Source: Oikopleura dioica (Eukaryota; Animalia; Chordata). From it: DNA of 64,000 nucleotides. Positions 13,450-23,802 of this stretch are shown here, one piece after another. Each line of letters begins with the position of its first letter. Position 1 is the stretch's first letter. The stretch lies in assembly GCA_907165135.1 (NCBI GenBank), contig OU015569.1, positions 5,332,001 through 5,396,000 on the forward strand, given 5' to 3'. Position numbers and translations under genes: made by a program. The notes under the pieces were generated by a model that saw only the letters and a program-made list of their open reading frames with translations, did no database searches and was not told the origin of the DNA.

Positions 13450-14250
13450 CACAATCTTCATACGTGGTCAATCTTCGGGGTAAGGATCCCGAAGAATAGA
13501 CGCATATGTCGGTCACAATGAGACATTATAAAAGAAAATAATACAGGTGGATTTTTACTTCTAGAATTAGAAGTAATAAAGGGCACTCCATCTGAGTTAA
13601 GCCTAGTTCTGCACAAAAAGGTATCGCTTGAAAACTAACCACTGTTGTTGACAGGCGAAGCCTTAAAATTCTGCATCGATTAGAACATCAAATATAAGTT
13701 ATTAAATCTGGACACAGCTGAAATTGAGATGGAAACATTCTAGAGGCTCCGGACATTTCGCTAAAAACAGTAACCCGATGCTAAATAACCTTTATCATAA
13801 TGATAATGATAAATTTTCATCCTCAAAAATTAAGATTATGTAAAAGAGCTTCTGGTTTCTTTATCCTCTCGTATTCTTTTGAAAAGGTTATCCAAATAAT
13901 AACGTGAAGTAAACGCGATGTTTTTGCGGAGTCGTGGGAATATTGAATGCTTGGGGAAAAAGGAAAACTGAGTTCGTGTGAGTTTTCTCTTGGTTGCGTA
14001 GGTTGCTTTGGCGAGGGGGAGGGCGATCTCGAGAGAGCAGCTCATCTCCGAATCGCGCTGAGTCCATTCATTTTCATCCAAACAACACTAAACTTTAAAA
14101 TAATGAGAATTTACGATTAACCACTCCACGAGGCGTTACTCATTTCGTAACTCATCGAGGTACTGCCAGTCTTCTCCATTTTTTGTCAGTCTTTGCTGTT
14201 TCCTGTTTCTAATGAGCTTACAGGACGATGGTGGTGTAATGTTTGTTAAT
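13450..14250 (-). CDS. Probable uncharacterised multi-exon gene immediately upstream of WDR6
   Basis: ORF 13836-14081 plus neighbouring exon-like segments with GT/AG boundaries; no recognisable family and structure unresolved. Confidence 0.3.
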
Positions 14251-14519
14251 TAAGAAATTAACCTTTTTTTATGAATTCAAATTGAAGATTTAATCTATAA
14301 ATTTAAATTAAATACTATCAACCCTGTTAAGAAATATTTAAGAGAGAATGAACTAGGCCGGAGATTGATGGACAAGGTAAGCACGATTTATTTGAACTTG
14401 GATTTTGCTAGAATCTATTCCGCGGGCTTTCAATACGCTCAGCTCAAACATTGAACTGGAGAATAATTACAATTCGATTCAAATGAGAATTTAGTGCATT
14501 GACGATTCCTTCTGTTCAA

Positions 14520-17073
14520 ATGACGGACAGTGCTACAGTGGCCAATGTCGCTGCTCAGGTACTGTTTAGCTTCAAAGTAATTCTCAAAACCCCTTTTTTA
14601 GTCCATTGGTCTGGTCCTGACTGCACCAAGCACAATTTAATTTACTTCACGTCGTTTTCCGTGATTTTCTACTGCATTACACTATGCTGCTTTATCCAGC
14701 TTGGCATTTGTATCCGATCGGAGTACGCCAAGCAGAAGCAAAAGTCCCTCAACCAGGCTTGTCGAATTACTGTCCAGAAGTTTCTCTATAGCTGCTCGGC
14801 GGTAAGCGCCCACAAATTAACGGCAACAGGCAGCCACTGTCACTTTAGATCGCCTGTCTCATCCGTGGCCTGCTCTTTAGTCTCGGCAACGATTCCCTCG
14901 ACACGGAGCAATATGAAAAGTACGAAAAGGAAAACAGGATTACAATGATTTGACAATCATCCAAGATCAAAGCGCTCAAAATAGACCGTTGCCTTTTTAT
15001 GCCGCGAAAGTGCTGCGTTTTTACAACTAACTTAATTACGCGCACCGGAACTCGAAGTTAAATTGAAATAGCAATCAATTTCTTATCCTTACGCCGCCAA
15101 ACTTAAATTTCACCCCCCGCCGCCAAATGTGCCATATATGGCACATCATCTTTTCCGTCGTCCTAGGCCCCATACAATGGCCGAACCCGAACCTTAACCA
15201 AGATCCGAACTCGAACCAGAACCCGAGCTCAAAAATGAACCCAAACCCAAGCCCAGACTATTGCCCGAAAATGAGTAAAAATGGAAGAACCCGAAATGAT
15301 GACGGAGAGAAAAATGGGTGTTGGAAAGCCCTTGTGCCATATATGGCACATTTGGCGGCGTAGGGTTATGTAATTCTTGTAATTCTTTGAAATCCAATAA
15401 AAAGCCCCTCCTTTCTATTTACTACGCACTTATCATTTCGTCCCTGGCGCTGGTGGTCTGCTACTGGTCCGAATTGCTCTTCAGCAGAGAAGCTGCCATT
15501 GGTGTCCAGAAACAGTAAATTCCACAGTTGATTTACTCGAGTTGCATTAAGTTGTTTAGTTGCCCTCGGTTTTTGACAAAGTCCCGGCTGGCATTTACGA
15601 TTTTCAATGCGTGTTTGATCGGAGTGCTTTTCATCAATTTTACCGCCTCCCACTTCCAAGAACACTCCGCTCACTCGCCGAATCTAGTGTTCCCCACGCT
15701 CTTTGCTATTGGTGAGACAATTAGAACTGAGGTCGGCAATCTGTAAAGAAAAACTGAGTCAGGTTCTGAAGAGCGAAGCGGCTTCACAACATAACCATTA
15801 TAGTCTATGATCAAAAGCTGGCGAACTTTGCGGCTTTTCATTTATGCCCTTCAGAACCTAACTTAGGTTATCTTTACAGATTGCCGAGGCCACAGTTTAA
15901 AGCAGTCAGTTTTCATTATCAAAATTTTAGTACTGTTTATCGTCCACGTGTTGTTCCTCATTATCGGGATCGAAATGTTTTGCAAGATCCGCGGCGAGTT
16001 CGTGATGAATACGAAGAGCGAGACAAAAGAGAAGATCGACGTTGTCCAGGCGGCGCATTCTCGCGTTGGTTTGTTTTTCCAGGTCAGAGCTGCGTCTTTT
16101 CTCACACTTTCTCAAATCGGATTATTGTCTAGTGTGGGCTAACAGTTCTGCTCGTCGTTTTCATTCTTGCTGACGTTTTCGGCGGCAGTGACGTCATCCA
16201 AGACATCTTTTATCGCGATGCCTTTGAGGTCACCTTCCGCCTGATGGAACTGGGCGTCGTGCTTTGGTTTCCCTGCATTCTCTGGAACTCGACGAATCCA
16301 GAAGAGCTCTGGGCGTTGAATCCGCGCAAGCTTCTCAAACCTGCCAAGCGAGAGGCGCTCGATTTGCGCACGGATCAGCTGCTCGTCCAGAGCCCGCACG
16401 ACGCTGAATGCTGGATTTGCTACGACGCCAAGGAGGATGATCTCATTCAGCCCTGCGACTGCAAGGTACACTCAATACAACAGCAGCGAATTAGCTTGAG
16501 ATTTCTTTCACCAATAAAATAAGTGACGTTGCGAAAACAGCCCGTTAACTAAAAAAAAAGAAAAGTTATTTATCTGTCTCGCAGGGCGACGTGAAATGGG
16601 TGCATCAAAAGTGCTTGCAGCGGTGGATCGCCGAGAAGAGCCAAGGAGACAAGCCTTGCTGCCAAGTCTGCAAGCAAGAATACTTGATTTACATCGAAAA
16701 GGTTGAAAAGAGTAAACAGTTCAAAATATAATTTCTAATTGCTAGATCGACTTCGACGATACTTTGAAGAAGATCCACTGGTTCATGGTGGTCCCCTCTT
16801 TCGTGACGATCCTTTTCGCCCCGTACGGTACTTACTTGCTCTGCCGGCAAGTCGACGAATACCGAATATCGAGCTTCGAGAAACATCACACGCTCATCAA
16901 ATCCGCGGCTGTTGTTTTGTGTTGTTTTATTGGTAAGAGTGTAAATTCGGGTGCGATTAAAAGCGACCTTTTCAGAGTATGCTCTTTTCCGTTTCATTGG
17001 AACTAGCGGCTTCAAACTTTACCGCACAGCTGTGAGCAGAGCCGTAAGAGTGCAATCGCGGGCCCCAACGTAA
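14520..17073 (+). CDS. Multipass membrane protein (GPR137/TOM1-like TM region) followed by a RING-CH domain and two further TM helices
   Basis: TM exons ..IQLGICIRSEY..ITVQKFLY..LIRG..LVVCYWSE..FLTKSRLAF..IIGIEMFCKIRG..; RING-CH CWICYD..IQPCDCK|GDVKWVHQKCLQRWI..CQVCK. Confidence 0.75.
15090..15362. mobile_element. MITE-like insertion in an intron, with palindromic terminal repeats and an internal (CCGAAC)-like degenerate array
   Basis: 28-bp inverted repeat CGCCGCCAAATGTGCCATATATGGCACA at 15118-15145 and 15333-15360; extra direct copy TACGCCGCCAAA at 15090; hexamer repeats at about 15180-15260; no clear TSD. Confidence 0.65.
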
Positions 17074-17454
17074 TCTCGAAACTAGCGGGCACCCTTTTAC
17101 ACGCGTTTAGAACATCGAAGGAAGACGAACAAGCTGCGCTGGCCGGAGAAAGTTCTAGCTCAGTCACTCGCGTCTGAGCGCGTCGCCGTTTACCTGTACT
17201 ACAAAGGTTACTGTGCTTTCGCAAGCACTCAATTCTTCATCTACGTCTCACCCAATTCAGCCACAAATAATCGTGCTCGCAAAGTTCATGTCAAGGTGAT
17301 GCTCGACTTTTCGTAAGGAGAGTTTTTGCACCTTTTTTTCTAATTGTCAACGGGAAAATAAATATTCACAGAAAATGCGAAGAAACACTTGTTTGGATTT
17401 ATTCTAGCAAAAGTCATGGTGTAACCATTGGAAAGACAGCAGAAGCGTTTGAGG

Positions 17455-18565
17455 TCAGTAGTTGGCGGAAGCAGATGTGATTAGCTCGTCGCAGATGCCT
17501 GTAAGTTCGCTCACCTCTTCGCTTTTGCGCTGCAGTTCGGCAGTGAGCGACTGAACTATTTAGACCTCTCTCAAAAATAGGAACTCTAATACCTCTTGCT
17601 TGATCTTAAGTCTTCTATTCTCTGTCTCCAGCGCAAGAAGCCGATGATTGACAGACGCTTCTGTCTCAGCAATTGTTTCGTTTGCTCTAAAGGAACATTG
17701 ATAGGCATTGTTTTCAAATGGGATCGTTGTTTACTGGTTGACGAATTTTTGGCTCCAGTCCTTCAGCTGTCCAAAGCGCTCTTGTTCCTCCAGTAATCGC
17801 TGTTCGTGCTCAGCTACCGTATTTCTTAACGGATAATTTCTAATTTGCTTTCATTTATTATTGACAACCTTAGGGCTTGTTCATTTCGCTTGACGTTTTC
17901 AACGATGCCCCTCAATTTTCCGAAACGAGCGTGCAGTTCGAAAACCTGTTTGTCAACCGCTAAAGATTGTTTAAAAAATATAGTGGAAGTATTTGTAACC
18001 ATCAAGCTCTGCCTGCACAGCTGATTTCTCGACAAGTGCTCTTGAGTAAGACGCTTTAAATTTCTCGACTTCTTTTTCGTGTTTCTCCTGCAACTCGACC
18101 ATCAGACTCTCGTACTTTCGACTAGCGAATGGTTTTAGGCTTTCATTATTTTTTCTTGCCGTAAAACTGTTATAAGTTAAAAGTTAGCTTAAAACCGTTT
18201 CATATCATTTCCATCGTTCTCAGTTCATCCCTTGCTTTTTCTTCTGAGATCCGGGCTTCTTTTCTTATCACTTGCATGTCTTTGGCCGTATAGCGTAAGG
18301 ATTCTCCAGAAACGCTCTCGACAAAAGCACCGACGTGGGAGGCGTTGCCAGTGATCGTGTGCGAACTAGTTTCGGATAAATTGTCAGGAAGCGTTTGCGA
18401 AAGTCGGCTTTTCGCCTAAAAATTGCTAGTTTTGGCCATCAACGCGTTCATTACCGAATAATATGACATGATGGAGTCAATTTCCGAATTACTCTCCGTC
18501 TTTCGTTCCTCTGCGGCTGGTACTTCGTTCTCAATCTTCCAATAGCTACTATTTGAGCTATCCAT
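17455..18565 (-). CDS. TACC-domain (transforming acidic coiled-coil) protein
   Basis: LHARFGKLRGIVENVKRNEQAL and C-terminal KSEEVSELTGICDELI match the TACC domain. Confidence 0.75.
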
Positions 18566-19220
18566 TGTGCTCAAGTCTCTATCCTTCCGTCTTTACGAAC
18601 CAAGACTTATTTCTATGACCAGTAAAAATTCCTTCTAAATTTTGCTTCCCCGCGAAGCGAATATGTTCTGGATGTAGTTTTTTTATAAAAAAGATGATCC
18701 TTTGAAGATGAAAATTCCACTTTTTCAATGGTAAGAAGGTAAACTACGTTCGTCATTGTTGCTATGGTTTCCGTACGCTACATAAACACTAGGCCTACAC
18801 ATTAAAAATGATCCATATTTTTATATTCTTATCTCACAATTCTTATATTACGAAACGTATAGACTATAATAATAGTCTATATAGCGTCTATACGATACAG
18901 ACTATATCATATAGTTCATTTTGTAATTATTTCCGAAATATGCATCCGTCTTTCCGTCTACCCAAATGCCAATTGTGCTTCCACAGTTTCGGCACACGCG
19001 CTTATATTCAGGCTCGTATACAAAGAGGGTTCAATCGGTAAACGCTTATTGACTTGTGAAAAACACTAATGTATTCACAAGTACTGTTCGAATATTCCTC
19101 TAACAACTCTATTAGTCTCCTAGCCTTATACATATAATAATAGAAAAGCGCCAAAATCTTGAGGTGCGTCTCTCTTATTTGTCGAAAATCCAAGAGTTTT
19201 TAAAAGGAGAGCCTTGATAG

Positions 19221-22200
19221 ATGAAAGATGCTGTTTTGGCACTTGGTGCAAGAGCAATGTTTTTGGGTAAGTAAGGTATTTTTATCCTTATTCTGAACTC
19301 TTAGTGAAGCCCACGGTCTACTTGCTGTCTGGAAGTGTCAGCATCGTTACAAAACTTCATTCATGTTCATTCTCCTTGTCCCGGTGATGACTCTTTTCTT
19401 CGAAGCTCTTTTCACGATTGCCATTCGCGGGGGCCGAGAATATAAATTCATCTCTCCTTGTATTGCGCTTTATCTTGGCTCTGTCGTCCCAGCTATTTGG
19501 TTCCTGGAGATAAAATCGTACTTTGATAGGCAGGAGCGGCATGTCTGCCAGGATACGAGAGCTTGGCTCAGGAACCTTCCAATGAATGCATCGTCCAGCG
19601 CTGGCTGTGAATTTCGCTTTACCAGTTTTGTGCGACATGACTTCGCGGTAGAAACAACTCTCACAGAGGTCAATGATACTTTTACAAAAGTAATAGACAC
19701 TTATAACGTGAAAACTAATGGCTCGTTTTCCAATCGTGAGAGAGAAGATGCGGAGGAAGATCTCAGGAAGCATTTGAATAAACTAGTCGACTCGAGCTGC
19801 GATGAATCTATGGAAGGTGGTTTGAGTATAACAGATGATAGTACAGGAGAAACAGTTTGGAACATTGCGGCGGTCGAAGAGGGGAAATATACAAAATGTA
19901 TGGGGAATGAAACATACAACGATGCGGGTAAATAGACTTGGTTTCAAATTCGAGAGATCGCTTAGTAAGGAACAACTATTTTTCAGCGCTGAAATCCACA
20001 TTTCAATGGCAACGGCTCGTTCTGGAACGAGCCTGTGATCTTCAGTTTGACTGTGAAAAGAACCAGAACTCCAGCTGTTTCGATGAGAACGAAGAAATAA
20101 AAAGGAAAACAGAAGAAGAGAATAACAAAACAGAGACACAGCAAAACAGTTTACTTGACGCCGATCAAGCAGACGACTCACAGGCGAACATTATATCCGA
20201 TATCATTGATGAATGGGTACTTTTGTATATAAATTAAGCATCAAATATTCATTCCTAATTTAAGATCAAGAAAAACATACCAATCTTCAACTCGGATGAC
20301 GACTGGATTAACATTCTTCATCAATTGATTTTGTTCATCATTATCGTCGGTCGTTGGATGTTGCCTAAAGCACAGGGTGTCACTCGTGATCAGCTGTCGC
20401 AAGTTCTACTTATCTTCATTGGCGTCGGTGCGGATATTCTTGAATTTGTGACTGAGACAATCAAGGTTCGGAACTTGATGAAATGAGTTATTTATTCTCA
20501 AAGACTTAATTTTGCTTAGGAAATGGAAGTGCGCTGCTCATTTAGTGTCATTCTTATTATGCTTGGGCTTTGGACATGGTCCTTGGTACCAGTGTTGGAA
20601 AACCCGCAACATTTCCCGCGGGCGCGGGCGGGCGCGGGGGCCGATTTCAAAATTTTCCGCGGGTGCGGGCGGGCGCGGGGGCGAATTCCAAAATTTCCTG
20701 CGGGTCCGGGCGGGCGCGGGGGCCAACTCAAAAATTACGTGCGGATCCGGGCGGGCGCGGGCGGGGGCCCCGCAGATTTTCGCGCCCGCGGGCGCCCGGG
20801 GGGTGAAGGGCGCCCGTAACCCTCGCGTCCGCAAGCCCCGCGGGCTCAGAAATCGGAAAATAAAAAATTTTTGATAAAAACCATAATAGAGCTATAAACT
20901 AAGATAATTATAATTTTTCAAACGATGGGTGTGGGTGGGGTTGGGGACAAAACTGAGATTGATCAACTTAGAGTTCCCAGCCATTGTCAAGCCCCTTAAA
21001 TTCAAAAATCATGGAACAGGGCTGAGACGGCCCGAAGGGCCGTCAAGCCCTTAAATTCAAAATCATGGAACAGGGCTGAGACGGCCCGAAGGGCCGTCAA
21101 GCCCTTAAATTCAAAAATCATGGAACAGGGCTGAGACGGCCCGAAGGGCCGTCAAGCCCTTAAATTCAAAATCATGGAACAGGGCTGAGACGGCCCGAAG
21201 GGCCGTCAAGCCCCTTAAATTCAAAAATCATGGAACAGGGCTGAGACGGCCCGAAGGGCCGTCAAGCCCCTTAAATTCAAAAATCATGGAACAGGGCTGA
21301 GACGGCCCGAAGGGCCGTCAAGCCCCTTAAATTCAAAAATCATGGAACAGGGCTGAGACGGCCCGAAGGGCCGTCAAGCCCCTTAAATTCAAAAATCATG
21401 GAACAGGGCTGAGACGGCCCGAAGGGCCGTCAAGCCCCTTAAATTCAAAAATCATGGAACAGGGCTGAGACGGCCCGAAGGGCCGTCAAGCCCCTTAAAT
21501 TCAAAAATCATGGAACAGGGCTGAGACGGCCCGAAGGGCCGTCAAGCCCTTAAATTCAAAATCATGGAACAGGGCTGAGACGGCCCGAAGGGCCGTCAAG
21601 CCCCTTAAATTCAAAAATCATGGAACAGGGCTGAGACGGCCCGAAGGGCCGTCAAGCCCTTAAATTCAAAAATCATGGAACAGGGCTGAGACGGCCCGAA
21701 GGGCCGTCAAGCCCTTAAATTCAAAATCATGGAACAGGGCTGAGACGGCCCGAAGGGCCGTCAAGCCCTTAAATTCAAAAATCATGGAACAGGGCTGAGA
21801 CGGCCCGAAGGGCCGTCAAGCCCCTTAAATTCAAAAATCATGGAACAGGGCTGAGACGGCCCGAAGGGCCGTCAAGCCCTTAAATTCAAAATCATGGAAC
21901 AGGGCTGAGACGGCCCGAAGGGCCGTCAAGCCCCTAAATTCAAAAATCATGGAACAGGGCTGAGACGGCCCGAAGGGCCGTCAAGCCCCTTAAATTCAAA
22001 ATCATGGAACAGGGCTGAGACGGCCCGAAGGGCCGTCAAGCCCTTAAATTCAAAAATCATGGAACAGGGCTGAGACGGCCCGAAGGGCCGTCAAGCCCCT
22101 TAAATTCAAATATCATGGAACAGGGCTGAGACGGCCCGAAGGGCCGTCAAGCCCTTAAATTCAAAAATCATGGAACAGGGCTGAGACGGCCCGAAGGGCC

Positions 22201-23540
22201 GTCAAGCCCTTAAATTCAAAAATCATGGAACAGGGCTGAGACGGACCCCCCCGTCAACAATTTTCGAAAAATCAATTTTCGGAATTTTAAAATTTTGACC
22301 CCGGAAAAGGATTCTACAGGTCGGAAAACTATTTTGAGGCTTCATTTTGTGGGGGTCTATCTCGACCATTTTCAGAATTTGGTCGGTGTAAGGAATTGGT
22401 CGGTGTAAGGATTTGGTCGGTGTAAGGATATGGTCGGTGTAAGGAAATACCTTCAAAAAACAAGGAGGGAGAAAAAGGGGGGAATCGGCCAGTTGGGCCG
22501 TCAAGCTCAATTAAAATTCAAGGCGAGGAAAGGGAATTATAACAACGCCCGGGGGCCCCGGGCGGCTAAAAAAAATTTGTACGGGCGCGGGCGGGCGCGG
22601 GGGCCAAATCAGAAATTTTTTGCGGTCGCGGGCGGGCGCGGGGCCAGATCCGAAATTTTTGCGGGTACGGGGGCGCGGGCGCCCGCAGCCCCCGCCCGCC
22701 GCCCCCGCGGGGTTCGCGGGCGGGTTTTTTCCAACACTGCTTGGTACAGTTTATTCTTGTCGTTGCAGGAACCTCTAAGACGAAGACAAAAGTGTCAGAG
22801 ATTTACGGCTCAGAGAGTGGAAGTCCTGTTATGGTACGTTTCCAATGAAAAAGTAAGGACAAACAGCAATTTAAGATTATTGAAGAAGAAGTAGAAATGA
22901 CTGCATGGGAAGCTTTTGGGCAAATCCTGAAGTTTGGAGTATTCTTACCACCGTAGTTCTTCAGGTTATTCTGTTCTTAGGAAAAATTAAGAATTTAATA
23001 TTTTATAAGGATGGCCCTTTTTGGGCGATGAGAATGTACATCATCATTGGAAGAAATGTTGTTCACCCGACAATCTTGTTTTTCACCATTAAAAATGGAC
23101 TCGTGTTAATGTTAGAGACTTACAGATTAGCTATAATCGCTACTACTAAAGACGACGATAATGGGGACGACGAAGAATTGCAAGAAGAAGATTTCTTAGA
23201 AGATGATGATTTGCCTATTCAGAAACCTCGGAAAAAATCAAAGAAAGAGGAAGTACTTTGGAGATAATTTTCTTGGTTAAATTTTATCTAGGTAAATGCA
23301 GATAAAGAAGAAGAAGTTTCTCCTCCAAAGAAAAAGAAGAATAAAAAGAAAAAGACCCCCTTAGAAGATAATGACCCGCCAACCGAGAAACCAAAGAAAA
23401 AATCAAAGAAATCAGAAGTTTGTTGGAAACAATTATTCTAGTTTACTTTTTTCAAGGTAAATACCGTTGACGAACAAGTCTCGACTCCGAAGAAAAAGAA
23501 GAGTAAGAAGAAAAAGTCTCAGATCAGTAATCTTGAATAA
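19221..23540 (+). CDS. TMEM26: Transmembrane protein 26-like; one exon interrupted by a 2.15-kb hAT-type element
   Basis: YKFISPCIALYLGSVVPAIWFLE, IVGRWMLP..TRDQLSQVLL..GADILEF, WTWSL|VQF, QDGPFW..KN..YRL motifs; Lys-rich tail; single-base slips near 19266 and 22915. Confidence 0.85.
20986..22244. repeat. Tandem array of a 54-56 bp unit, about 22.5 copies
   Basis: Unit CCGTCAAGCCCCTTAAATTCAAAAATCATGGAACAGGGCTGAGACGGCCCGAAGGG; I count 22 intact GACGGCCC-GAA-GGGCCGTC hairpins; copies differ almost only in homopolymer length. Confidence 0.97.
22380..22447. repeat. 17-bp tandem repeat x4
   Basis: TGGTCGGTGTAAGGA-NN repeated four times inside the hAT element. Confidence 0.95.
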
Positions 23541-23802
23541 AAATGAACTCGACATTTCATTCCTTGCTAAACATCTGCTCTTTGCTGATCAATAAATTTG
23601 AATGAAAATTAAAAGTCCAATTAAAAACTTATCCGCCCAGAATCAGTGCTTTCGTGGGAGGGTGTTGTGTTCTTTATTCCTGTATCCAGGAAGTTGTAAA
23701 GCTTGTCAAATAGCTGGCAAAGGAAAATGAAGACAATCCGTGCACAAATCCTATTCAAACAGATTTTTTACCAGAAAGAATCAGACTAATGCTGTCATTG
23801 TC

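Larger units (their letters stand above)
20590..22739. mobile_element. 2150-bp non-autonomous hAT-type element carrying tandem arrays
   Basis: Terminal inverted repeat CAGTGTTGGAAAA...TTTTCCAACACTG; exact 8-bp TSD CTTGGTAC at 20582-20589 and 22740-22747; GC-rich subterminal repeats at both ends; no transposase ORF. Confidence 0.92.

Noticed and set aside
18855-18915. Short TATAGACTAT/ATAGTCTATA hairpin in the TACC-TMEM26 divergent intergenic region
   Set aside because: Low-complexity AT-rich 10-bp stem with no TSD or second copy seen; could be chance.
20512-20874. Gly/Arg/Pro/Ala-rich ORFs at both ends of the hAT element (also 22223-22894)
   Set aside because: They are by-products of GC-rich subterminal repeats that lack stop codons; there is no transposase motif.
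20986-22244. CRISPR-like appearance of the palindromic repeat array
   Set aside because: The intervening sequences are identical rather than unique spacers, the context is eukaryotic, and there are no cas genes.
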